Positions 40,155-49,400 of a stretch of DNA of 64,000 nt are shown here, piece by piece. Origin of the DNA: Thermodesulfobacteriota bacterium (GTDB taxonomy: Bacteria; Desulfobacterota_D; UBA1144; Nemesobacterales; UBA2774); contig OZ244991.1 of the NCBI GenBank assembly GCA_965223335.1, positions 1,760,001 to 1,824,000 on the forward strand, given 5' to 3'. The notes beneath the pieces are model-generated. The model ran no database searches. It saw only the letters and a program-made list of their open reading frames with translations, and had not been told where the DNA came from. The stretch's first letter is position 1. Each line of letters begins with the position of its first letter. A program made the position numbers and the translations under genes.

Positions 40155-41561
40155 TCAGCGGCGACCCGAGTCTACCGATCCCCTCTTTAACCTCAGATCA
40201 GAGATACTGGTACACAAAGCGAGTAGGAACACGAAATAGTACATATTAGCGGGAATCTGAAAGTTAAATTCCGTAAATGCATGAAACAAAAGGGCAAATA
40301 TACTGCTAAGCGATCCGATCAATAGATAATCGTTTAGCGAATCCCTCTCCTCTCTCCCCTTAAATAGAGTGTTTAGAGATTGTCGATAGAAAGCGATTAC
40401 GGCCCAAAGCACAAGTATTAATCCCAGAATCCCTAACTCGGCCAAGGTTTCAAGATAGTCGTTGTGGGCATGTGAGTATAGAAGTGCCCAGTATGCATCT
40501 TCTTTGTATAGAGAGTAAGCTATGGCATAGCTTCCTAGACCTGTGCCAAAGATTGGAAAATCTTTTATCATTTCAATAGTATCAGTCCATATTAATGTAC
40601 GTTTCGGTAGCTCTTCTTTAGAGACTGAAAACTTTTCCACTACCGGGTCAACACCTATCCATAGCGAGTATATAAAGATGATTGCCAAAAACCCGCCGAT
40701 GAACCATTTTGTGTGTTTTGTAGTTTTGCGCCGGGATAAAAGCATGTATAGAAAGACGATCGAGATCACAAAAGAGAGTATGGCCCCGCGAGAACGGGCT
40801 AGCATTAGACTCACTGCCATAAGTCCTGTTGCAAAAAACATAATTAATTGAGTAGAGAAACTGGCCTTTGTGAATATATGACGGATACTCGATACCTCAC
40901 CCCCGGCTTGTCTCCCGGAATACAGGCCATAGCAGAGCGAAAGAGGTATAATTGTGATCATTAATCCCGAAAATGTGTTGGGGTTTACATATGTGCCCGA
41001 AGCCGGTACTTCACCTCCGCTCATGATGTACTGTAGAATTCCCAAGATGGCCTCTATTGACCCGACTGTAAAGATTACCCAGAAATACCTCATATACTGG
41101 TCTGTTTTTTTCAGGTGATGGACCGCTACGACAAAGAACATCGCATAAGAGATATATAGAATGAGTTTTTGTACCGTTGCGTACTTATAAAGCGTGATTG
41201 TGTATAAAATCTCTATATCGGTACCGAAAATATGTTCGAGAGATGCTTTGCGCTCCCCCCAGATATTTGCGGAACTGGGTGATACGAGCTTTAGGATTGA
41301 TTCGGGCCAGGGGATTAATTGTAGGAGTACCAGTACAAAAAGTAGGAAGACCGGAATATATAACGGTGAGTATTTAAGGTTTACAGTCTTATGCAGAATG
41401 CGTTGCAACCCCCAGAGCATGAATGTAAAAATGCATATAAGCTCGAATAGGTGCACCGACCATATTTCCACACTGCCCCTAGGGAATGGGGAAAGTAAGA
41501 CCAAAACGATGCCAATGCTAATGAGTATGGGTAGAGTTTTGTCCAAAAATGATCTAATCAT
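40155..41561 (-). CDS. O-antigen ligase / Wzy_C family membrane protein
   Basis: ASGTYVNPNTFSG, ARSRGA, R..IW.DT, FPIFGTGLGSY, HAHNDYLE.LAELG. Confidence 0.85.
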   Translation of the reverse strand: MIRSFLDKTLPILISIGIVLVLLSPFPRGSVEIWSVHLFELICIFTFMLWGLQRILHKTVNLKYSPLYIPVFLLFVLVLLQLIPWPESILKLVSPSSANIWGERKASLEHIFGTDIEILYTITLYKYATVQKLILYISYAMFFVVAVHHLKKTDQYMRYFWVIFTVGSIEAILGILQYIMSGGEVPASGTYVNPNTFSGLMITIIPLSLCYGLYSGRQAGGEVSSIRHIFTKASFSTQLIMFFATGLMAVSLMLARSRGAILSFVISIVFLYMLLSRRKTTKHTKWFIGGFLAIIFIYSLWIGVDPVVEKFSVSKEELPKRTLIWTDTIEMIKDFPIFGTGLGSYAIAYSLYKEDAYWALLYSHAHNDYLETLAELGILGLILVLWAVIAFYRQSLNTLFKGREERDSLNDYLLIGSLSSIFALLFHAFTEFNFQIPANMYYFVFLLALCTSISDLRLKRGSVDSGRR

Positions 41562-41562
41562 T

Positions 41563-42867
41563 TCAAAATGTGTTCCCTATCTCGGTGAGCCTTACGTCGT
41601 CGATCCATACACTACCTGAGAGGTAGCGGTCTATCCTGTGGCTTTCTTTTCTCCTCAAACGAACCTCTATAGATCTACAATCCGCAGGGGTTCTAAAGGT
41701 GAGCGTCTCTTTGTGCCAATCGTGTGTACCTCTAAGCTGTTTGGTGCTCATGCTAAAGCCCCTGGAATGGGGGCAGTATAGGTTTACATATATACCGTTT
41801 TTAGTAGAGATATCTTTAGTCTTTACGAATAGTGTGAGCTCATACTCGGTATTGGGTTTAACAGCAACTGTTTGTCTTATATGGTAAAAATTCAGGTTTT
41901 TCTTGCCGTCAAATGTAGTTTTAAGTGAGTACTGACCCTTTTCGGAGTCAGAGTCTTTTGTGTAGGTAACACCCTCTAACTCGTTTAACCTCCATCCGAA
42001 CCCCCCGTTTTGGATTTCACCTTCAAAGTCGCCATTCCAAATGCCGTCGAATTCCCCGTAGTCCTCGGCCCATATGGTTTTGGCCTCTTCTACTCTATTT
42101 TGGCGAAGCAAAAAATTGATAAGACGCATGTATAGCTTGTTGTATTCGGTCTTTATGTTATTTGGGCGGTTCCAAAGCTCGATTGCTTCGTCTGTGCGTT
42201 TGGTGTTTATTAGAAACATAAGGTAATGAACAAGTCCGTCATCATGGACGGTATCCAGGATCAGTTGGCTGTCGTCTACCGTCTGCCATAACAGTGTAAA
42301 TGCTTTGTTTCTTCTGTGCGGGTCGACTTTGATTACATTGCTCAGGTTGTCTATTACCGAATCTGTGTCTCCAAGCTTGGCTGCAAGCAGCGCTGCACGC
42401 CAGCGGAGCGATACTGTACCGGGCGACATTTTTACGGCTTGTTTAAAGGCATATGAGGCTTTTTCGCTCTCGTTGTTGTCAGCCAGTGCGTTGGCTAGGT
42501 AGTACCAGTAATCGTAGTTTGTCGGGTTTATCTCAAGAGCCTGTTTGTATCTTTCAATGGCTTTTGATTTAGGGGCTGTATAATCGTAGGTATCTGTGTA
42601 AAAACCCAGTAAAAAATAGAAATCGGGGTTGTCATGTACCAGCCTGATAGCATGCTCTAGCCCTCCCGGCGCCGGCTGGCTTGCATACGTGTATGAGAGT
42701 AAGTTCTTTGTGGTTTTCCAAGCCAGGACGAGAGGGATGCAGATTAAAATAAAGACAGCACCCCACATACGATATCGAGTATTTAGTTTAAACTTCATCT
42801 GTGTAGTAATCGATATGGCCGAATGTATACTTGGTAAGAATGTAGCAAATATAGACCCATCTGGCAA
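41563..42867 (-). CDS. membrane-anchored TPR protein with C-terminal CBM4/9-like domain (start may be ATG 42798)
   Basis: TM helix; TPR-like AIERYKQALEINP; IWNGDFE, QTVAVKPNTEYEL, GTHDW, VWIDDVRL. Confidence 0.7.
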   Translation of the reverse strand: MPDGSIFATFLPSIHSAISITTQMKFKLNTRYRMWGAVFILICIPLVLAWKTTKNLLSYTYASQPAPGGLEHAIRLVHDNPDFYFLLGFYTDTYDYTAPKSKAIERYKQALEINPTNYDYWYYLANALADNNESEKASYAFKQAVKMSPGTVSLRWRAALLAAKLGDTDSVIDNLSNVIKVDPHRRNKAFTLLWQTVDDSQLILDTVHDDGLVHYLMFLINTKRTDEAIELWNRPNNIKTEYNKLYMRLINFLLRQNRVEEAKTIWAEDYGEFDGIWNGDFEGEIQNGGFGWRLNELEGVTYTKDSDSEKGQYSLKTTFDGKKNLNFYHIRQTVAVKPNTEYELTLFVKTKDISTKNGIYVNLYCPHSRGFSMSTKQLRGTHDWHKETLTFRTPADCRSIEVRLRRKESHRIDRYLSGSVWIDDVRLTEIGNTF

Positions 42868-42883
42868 TCAGACGGGTCTCGGG

Positions 42884-45292
42884 TCAGGTATTCGGGCTCT
42901 GGAAATCATCCATACTCGGTCCGTCTTCAGACGACTTGGCCGTTAATTTATCCAGGTCCTCCGGCTCGTCGTCAGTATTATAGTAGTCATAAGTTTTGTA
43001 ATAGTAGTAACCACTTGTGTTTTGTTCGATCCCGTTAACTATTACACCCAAGAAATTGGCTCTTAGATTCCACAACCTGTCTATGAGCTCCCTAATGGAC
43101 TCGCGAGGAGTTTTCCCCGCCCTCACAACTACCGATACACCGTCTACAAGGTTTGAAAGTATATGAGAGTCGACAAACCCTAGTGCCGGCGGTCCGTCCA
43201 CTATCACGTAGTCATATCTCTCTTTCAGTGTGTCGATCAGTTCTTTCATTTGGAAAGAGCCTAGCAGCTCGGCAGGGTTTACCGGAATAGGCCCTACTGT
43301 GATAACCGAGAGATTGGGGATCTCGCCGTCTCTAATAACCTCGTCTAGAGTGGCGTTACCCGTCAGGTAGTTGCTAAGACCTTGGTGGTGCTTGTCCAAG
43401 ATCTTCGATATTCGAGGGCGTCTTAGATCTGCTTCGAGCAGAATTACACTGTTGCCGGCCTGCGCGAATGACGAAGCCAAGTTAATGGACACCGTTGTTT
43501 TGCCCTCTGAAGGGAAGCAGCTTGTAACAAGTATGGCCCTGGGAGCCTGCCCGGGTGTCGAAAGCAATAGCGAAGTGCGTATAGTCCTAAATGCTTCAGA
43601 TATCTGCGATCTCGGGTTCATGAGGAATGATTTTTCTACCTGCTGAGCATCGTTTTCCTTGCCTGATTTCAACTCGTAAATCCCCCCGAGTACAGGCAGC
43701 TTAAGAGTATCCCGGACCTCTTCGGGTGACTTGATCGTGTTGTCGAAGTACTCCATGAAGAACGCGATAAATACCCCGCCCATTACTCCAATGAAACAGG
43801 CAAACAAGAGGTTTAGAGTGATATTGGGCTTATACGGCCTAATCGGTATCTGAGCGCGGTCAACCACCTGGATGTTGCTTGATCTCATGTTGATGGCAAC
43901 CTGTGTCTCCTTAAGGCGCTGGAGCAGTGAGTCTAGGATGGATTTATTGGTGTCGACCTCTCGTTTTAGTATATTGTACTGGATTGCTTTTTCGTTTAGT
44001 GCCGAGGCTAAAACCTTCTGTTCGTCGTGTCTTTTCCGAAGGGTTTCTTCTTTTTTTAGAGCGGCTTGGTAATCGGACTCTATCGATGCGGCCAGGCTTG
44101 TAGTAGCTTCGTTTATTTTACGCTCGAGCTCTGCTACCTTAGCCCCCAGTTCCTTTACCTTGGGGTAGCCCGGTTTAAATGTGGCACTCAACTGACTGTA
44201 TTCTGAGCGTACACGGGCCAGCTCGGATTTTAGATCCTGCACGTATGTGTCATTTACAACCTGAGGTAGTGCGTCCACATTACCGTTTTGCACGTGGCTA
44301 TGAAGCGCTTCTTTCTCTAACCTAGCGGTCTCTGCTTTTGCCAGTGCATCGTTTAGCTCAGAAAAGGTGTGATAGGTGAGGTTCATTTTCTCGTCAAGCG
44401 ACACAATATTGCTCTGTTTAGCAAAATCGTTTAGCTCCTCTTCGGATTTCTCGAGGTTTGCTTGAGCTTTTTGAATCTGTTGTTTTAAGAAGTCTTTGCC
44501 CTGTTCGGTGGCATCAATTTTTCTGTTGATAATCCAGTCTATATATGATTCGCTTAGTGCATTTACTGCTGCTGCGGCGAGCTCACGGTCATTTGACCTA
44601 AAGCTAATGTCCACCAGGCGTGAATTGCCTATGGGATTTACATCTATGCGCCCGAGAAACTTATTGATAAGAGAGTTTTGTTTACCTATTTCAGACAGGT
44701 CTTTGCCCTCATTCTCAAGCTCTTCGTCGGTGGGTTTGATTATTATGCTCTTAACACCTTTTATAGTTCCCGAGATTATGCTTTTACTGCCGTCCACAAT
44801 GCTGGCGACCAGATTTTTATCTTTTTTCTCGGTAGAGAACTCAGGGTGTTCCGACAGGTTTAACTTATCGGTCACTTGTTTGGCAAGGGATTTACTCTTT
44901 AACAGCAGGTACTGTGTTTCGTAGAATTCGTCTGATTTTGTCTCGAACTCCACAACCTGGTCAAAGTTTACGACCCTAGGGTTTTCTAACGATATCTCTA
45001 GTTTTGCTGTGGCTTTGTATACGGGTTCAGAGAGCAGTGTCCCGATAATCGTTGTGAGTACGACTATGCCAAAGAACGCCAGGATTATTTTCTTTCTTCT
45101 GAGCAGTACGTCGATGTACTGTTGTATACTGCTCTCGTCGTCTACGGGATAGGCCTTAATGATATCGGGTGTTTGGGGATATCCGCGTAGAGCCCGGCTC
45201 TCGTGCTCGGGCACAAGGTATCTGCCATGAGGCTCTTCGTTACGTCTGTTTCCGTATCTATCGTCCCCGTATCTATCGTCGTTATATTCCAT
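42884..45292 (-). CDS. wzc: polysaccharide co-polymerase / BY-kinase
   Basis: Two TMs with periplasmic coiled coil; EAFRTIRTSL, PSEGKTT, EADLRRP, VIVDGPP, Tyr cluster GYYYYKTYDYY. Confidence 0.93.
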   Translation of the reverse strand: MEYNDDRYGDDRYGNRRNEEPHGRYLVPEHESRALRGYPQTPDIIKAYPVDDESSIQQYIDVLLRRKKIILAFFGIVVLTTIIGTLLSEPVYKATAKLEISLENPRVVNFDQVVEFETKSDEFYETQYLLLKSKSLAKQVTDKLNLSEHPEFSTEKKDKNLVASIVDGSKSIISGTIKGVKSIIIKPTDEELENEGKDLSEIGKQNSLINKFLGRIDVNPIGNSRLVDISFRSNDRELAAAAVNALSESYIDWIINRKIDATEQGKDFLKQQIQKAQANLEKSEEELNDFAKQSNIVSLDEKMNLTYHTFSELNDALAKAETARLEKEALHSHVQNGNVDALPQVVNDTYVQDLKSELARVRSEYSQLSATFKPGYPKVKELGAKVAELERKINEATTSLAASIESDYQAALKKEETLRKRHDEQKVLASALNEKAIQYNILKREVDTNKSILDSLLQRLKETQVAINMRSSNIQVVDRAQIPIRPYKPNITLNLLFACFIGVMGGVFIAFFMEYFDNTIKSPEEVRDTLKLPVLGGIYELKSGKENDAQQVEKSFLMNPRSQISEAFRTIRTSLLLSTPGQAPRAILVTSCFPSEGKTTVSINLASSFAQAGNSVILLEADLRRPRISKILDKHHQGLSNYLTGNATLDEVIRDGEIPNLSVITVGPIPVNPAELLGSFQMKELIDTLKERYDYVIVDGPPALGFVDSHILSNLVDGVSVVVRAGKTPRESIRELIDRLWNLRANFLGVIVNGIEQNTSGYYYYKTYDYYNTDDEPEDLDKLTAKSSEDGPSMDDFQSPNT

Positions 45293-45326
45293 CGGTTACT
45301 TCTCCTTTTGCTTTGATGCTCTCTTC

Positions 45327-46316
45327 TTACTGTACTCCTACGCTAAACGGCGGGAAAAATAGCCCAAGCTTAATAGCATCGAAAAAGCTCTTGAAAGCAC
45401 TTTTCCCCACTACAACATAGTCCTGATCCTCTAGCAATATGTCTGTCTGTGTGCCCTCTTGAATCTCTTTTAGGTCAACCGGAGTTACTTGTACTGCTCC
45501 GTTTATATTTCGAACCAATCTCACATCCGATCCTTTTGCCACTTTGTTTAATCCGCCCGCTGCGGTAACAGCCTGGCTCACAGTCATATCCTCTTGTATT
45601 GGGAACTTCCCTGGTGTAACAACAGCCCCGTCTACATAAACAACACCAGCTTCGGGTACAAACACTACATCCCCCATGTGTACAGCAACGTTGAGTTGTG
45701 TTTGACCCTCTTCAAGCAATGCGTCTAAGTCGATCTCTACAGCACTCTCCGTGCCGTCTCTGTGTTTTCTGGTTACGAATGCAGTCTCGCTGGCATCTTC
45801 GGCAAGCCCGCCGGCTAGAGCAAGTGCATCCAACAGAGTGCCCTTGCTAAGGAGTTCATAGGTGCCTGGATTGTTTACGCTGCCTATAACGGCCACACGC
45901 TGGCTCCTATACTCTTTTATAGCTATGACCACGTGTGGGTCGTGCATGTATTTTTCTGAGAGCAGAGAGGCTACCCTCTCCTCGGCACCAACAGAGGTAA
46001 GCCCGGCGACATCGATTTTTCCAAGCAGTGGAAAGGAAATGGAGTTTTGAGCTGTGACGCGTGCTTCGGTGTTTAGGTCAGGGGCTTCAAGGACCTGTAT
46101 ATCAAGCAAATCCCCAGGGCCTATTATATAGTCTGTAGCTGCGTGTTCAGCGAATGTTTCTTGAGTGATTAACTGGTTGAGCTTTTCGTTGTGCGGATTA
46201 GTTTGCTGCTTGGCATTCGGTTGGTTATAGGGGCCGCTAGCGGATTGCTTGCCCCCACAACCACCCAATAATCCGATCAAAATTACTATGCAACTTAGGA
46301 CAACTCCATATCTCAT
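45327..46316 (-). CDS. wza: OPX polysaccharide export lipoprotein
   Basis: LLGGC lipobox; DYIIGPGDLL.I.V, FPLLG.I.VAGLT; SLBB repeats. Confidence 0.88.
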   Translation of the reverse strand: MRYGVVLSCIVILIGLLGGCGGKQSASGPYNQPNAKQQTNPHNEKLNQLITQETFAEHAATDYIIGPGDLLDIQVLEAPDLNTEARVTAQNSISFPLLGKIDVAGLTSVGAEERVASLLSEKYMHDPHVVIAIKEYRSQRVAVIGSVNNPGTYELLSKGTLLDALALAGGLAEDASETAFVTRKHRDGTESAVEIDLDALLEEGQTQLNVAVHMGDVVFVPEAGVVYVDGAVVTPGKFPIQEDMTVSQAVTAAGGLNKVAKGSDVRLVRNINGAVQVTPVDLKEIQEGTQTDILLEDQDYVVVGKSAFKSFFDAIKLGLFFPPFSVGVQ

Positions 46317-46419
46317 TATATGACCTCTGCTTCTCTTTGTTTAACTTGTTTTGACCCAGATACAACTAACTACTATCTTATGTGCCTTTATGCTATGAAA
46401 ATCTAATTAAAGATAATAG

Positions 46420-47160
46420 TTACTGACTGTTTGTCACAGGGCTCACGGGGTCATCACTGCTACCACCACTGTTACCTGTTGTTGCTCCTACAACACCCCC
46501 TGTAACTGCCGCAGCACCCGCTGTAAGCGGTATCAATATAGGCGCTATTGCAGGCTTGCAACACCCGTTTTTGCTCTCGAACCTCTCATAAGGATCTTGA
46601 ACCATAGGGCTGGCTAATGCATCGCCGGGTTCTAAAACAGTAGTACCGGTGGGGGCTACAAAATCGGATTTGCTCTCGATCTGAAATGAGGCTGTAATCC
46701 CCTCGGTAGTGTTACTGCGACCCTGTGCGTAGTACGTGTAATTAGCCTGCTTGGTAGTCTCCGCGTGTGTCACAGTGTCAGCCGTAGGTGTATCGATCTT
46801 ATAAGGAGCATTTGTTTCGAAACAGTAACACGCCTCACCCTCGTCGCCCTCCATCATCGAGAGGCCGGTGTTACCGTCTCCAATATGCTCTACCTTATAT
46901 ACCGACTCCTTAATTATTACGTATCTGCCACCCTCAACCTCAAGTGTTGCTTCTCCGTCGTCTAGCGTGTCAATTACTGCCTGGTCGTATATGGGATATT
47001 TTTCGTTCTTGAGTTCGACTACACTTCCGTCGCTTAAGGTGACAACCACCTCATTCTTAACCTTCATCTCTCCTAAAGAGAGGTCTGCAAAAGAATATGA
47101 CGCTGGAATAAGCATTATCATTGCCAACACAAGCGCCATATTTTTTATTGTTGCCAACAT
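46420..47160 (-). CDS. exported hypothetical protein with C-terminal hydrophobic segment; first gene of the wza operon
   Basis: GGAGGAGG SD before ATG 47160; signal peptide; CYC and CC motifs; PILIPLTAGAAAVTGGVVG then Ser/Gly tail. Confidence 0.7.
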   Translation of the reverse strand: MLATIKNMALVLAMIMLIPASYSFADLSLGEMKVKNEVVVTLSDGSVVELKNEKYPIYDQAVIDTLDDGEATLEVEGGRYVIIKESVYKVEHIGDGNTGLSMMEGDEGEACYCFETNAPYKIDTPTADTVTHAETTKQANYTYYAQGRSNTTEGITASFQIESKSDFVAPTGTTVLEPGDALASPMVQDPYERFESKNGCCKPAIAPILIPLTAGAAAVTGGVVGATTGNSGGSSDDPVSPVTNSQ

Positions 47161-47194
47161 AAAAACCTCCTCCAAACAATAAAATATTATTAAA

Positions 47195-47224
47195 AGTATA
47201 CGGCACCCGACCACTGTAAGTCAA
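47195..47224 (-). promoter_or_regulatory. sigma-70-type promoter of the wza-wzc operon
   Basis: Minus strand TTGACT-N18-TATACT. Confidence 0.6.
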
Positions 47225-47520
47225 CGGGACTTTGGTTGGTCTTTTGTTGGAAAAAAGTATAGATTTAACATATTTGCTTAATACTAAAGTATTAATGCAA
47301 AAAAATCCACTATACAGAATACTGATCAATAATGATAAATATTGCATTTTTGCGCTTATTATTAGTGAAGAGGACGGAATGCGTAATGTTTCAACTATTA
47401 TTGCTTGGAATTGTTGTTAACTAATTTGGCAGATGGCAATGTATCTATATGCCGTATTATGGAATACGCTAAATAATTTGCCCAAAGGTTTTAACGTAGC
47501 ATAGGTTCAACGGTTGCGGG

Positions 47521-48828
47521 CTATAAACCGAGAGTTTTCTTTAAATTGGTCATATCGTAGTGGGGCTCGCCCCTGTTCTTAGCATGCTCGTATAGTAGCT
47601 CCAGTTCCTCAATCAATCCCAATAGCTTAGTTCTGGAGCTTTTTGCGAGTGCAGCTTCACGGGGGGTAAGACCGTTGAGTACTGGGTGGGGGGTGTCGAG
47701 CCATCTCTCATAGTAATCGTCCAGGTCGTCTGTAACATGCTTACTCGATGGTGTTTCTTCTATTTCGGTGTTGGTGATGCTGTCGTCATCAATATCAGTA
47801 TGCGTTTTGTTATCGGGCTTTCTGATTTTGTCTTCTATATGAGTCAATAGACCTTTTAACTCTTTTTCGAGCTTATTCTTGGCCTTTTCAAGCATCTCGA
47901 GTGTATGGCATGTGATCGAAAGTCTTTTGTCCTCAATTTCGAGTGTGCCGGTAATTTGGTTTCTGCCTTTTTTCTCCCAGCTAAACACAAGCAGGTCCTG
48001 GGTATTCCCTGTAATCTCTACTAAAGATTTAATCTTACTTATTTTGTTGAGTGCACTCGACGGGTCTGAAAGCTCATAGACAGCTGTGGCAACAATAAAC
48101 TCATCCCCCTCGGGAGTTAGGTATGCTGGTTTGCTTACGGTTTTTTCTATAAATTGCCCGATCATATAACCCCAGTCCTTAAGGTAGTTATCTATTCCAC
48201 TGCTTTTGTCTACAGACTTCTTATATTCTTTGATATCTTTATTTACAAATTCTATGATTAGGGGTTTAAATGATGACGGATAGACGCAGATTATGCCCGA
48301 GAGGTAGGTGTTTCGGCCTGTTTTAAGGGGTCTTGCTCCCAGTATATCTTTGGTCTTGATCTGCTTGGATGCCGCTTTATCCACAACACTAAGTTTATGG
48401 CCCGTAAATATATCTTTGATTCTTATTGTAGACGGGTCTTTTAGATCAATAACCTCAAAGTAGCTGTATACGTTTTGCGTCCAGCTTTCAAGTAAACTCA
48501 CCTCGTCTACTGAGAGATTTTCGGACTCTATGCGTTTAAACCTTTCGATCACCCTCTCCTTGGTATCGAACAGCCGAAAATCGTAGAGAAACCAGTCAAA
48601 GAATTTCTCAAACGTGATATCGTCGATTTTATCTTCTGTGAGATCGTCGCTTATGAGTTCGGGGTCGTTCTTCCATATATAAAAGGCCTCGCCTATCTGG
48701 GCCTGTATGTCTGGGTGCTCGGAAAACTCGACCATTTTAAGCCTGAGCTCATTGTCGGTTTTATCAATTGACTCTTGGTCTTTGGTAATTTTATTTGTTG
48801 ACATGACCCGGGTTTCGGAAAATTTCAA
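47521..48828 (-). CDS. conserved hypothetical protein with DUF2384 (MbcA/ParS C-terminal)-like end; start may be ATG 48804
   Basis: FFDWFLYD; C-terminal WLDTPHPVLNGLTPREAA. Confidence 0.6.
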   Translation of the reverse strand: MKFSETRVMSTNKITKDQESIDKTDNELRLKMVEFSEHPDIQAQIGEAFYIWKNDPELISDDLTEDKIDDITFEKFFDWFLYDFRLFDTKERVIERFKRIESENLSVDEVSLLESWTQNVYSYFEVIDLKDPSTIRIKDIFTGHKLSVVDKAASKQIKTKDILGARPLKTGRNTYLSGIICVYPSSFKPLIIEFVNKDIKEYKKSVDKSSGIDNYLKDWGYMIGQFIEKTVSKPAYLTPEGDEFIVATAVYELSDPSSALNKISKIKSLVEITGNTQDLLVFSWEKKGRNQITGTLEIEDKRLSITCHTLEMLEKAKNKLEKELKGLLTHIEDKIRKPDNKTHTDIDDDSITNTEIEETPSSKHVTDDLDDYYERWLDTPHPVLNGLTPREAALAKSSRTKLLGLIEELELLYEHAKNRGEPHYDMTNLKKTLGL

Positions 48829-48898
48829 TTATCCTGTGGACCCTATCTAATATACCTTAACATTTTTCGTTTGATTACATAGCGGACAATTATAAACC

Positions 48899-49360
48899 TT
48901 AGAGCTCACCAAATTTTTGTAAGAGTACATCTTGGCGATAATCGAAGATCTGCTGAATCTCTTTTTTAACCAGCAGTTTTTGTACGGGTCTTGATAGATG
49001 GTCAAAAAATAGACCGTAATAGATAAGGTCTTTCATTTCCACCCCGTCCTCGATCTCTTTAAACATATGTTGGTGCTGCCAGAATTTAAAAGGTCCGAAC
49101 CTTTGTTCATCTATGAAGTAATTGGGTTTATTCACATGTTTGATCTCGGCAACCCACCTGATCTTGATGTTGACAATGGGTGTAACCGTGTACTCGATGA
49201 TCATCCCTTCATACATCTCCTCACTGGGCAGGGAGATCATCGTGAAATTGAGTGACGGGGGTGTGATGTCCTTTAGGTTTAAGGGGTTAGAAAAATAATT
49301 CCAACACTCTTCGATCGAGATTGGGAAACTCTGGGTCCTTTCAAATTGATGCATTTTCAT
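48899..49360 (-). CDS. SRPBCC (START-like) family protein
   Basis: W.YFSNP.NL..ITPP, FIDEQRFGPFK.W.HQH.F, IFDYR. Confidence 0.85.
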   Translation of the reverse strand: MKMHQFERTQSFPISIEECWNYFSNPLNLKDITPPSLNFTMISLPSEEMYEGMIIEYTVTPIVNIKIRWVAEIKHVNKPNYFIDEQRFGPFKFWQHQHMFKEIEDGVEMKDLIYYGLFFDHLSRPVQKLLVKKEIQQIFDYRQDVLLQKFGEL

Positions 49361-49400
49361 AGCATTTGAGTCCTTAAGTGTCCATTCCAGGACTAAGCGT

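Noticed and set aside
46420..46560. PEP-CTERM sorting signal on the lead protein of the wza operon
   Set aside because: No PEP motif, no basic cluster after the hydrophobic segment and no exosortase gene in the window
47521..48828. Toxin-antitoxin module based on the DUF2384-like C-terminus
   Set aside because: No adjacent RES toxin gene, and the protein is far larger than such antitoxins
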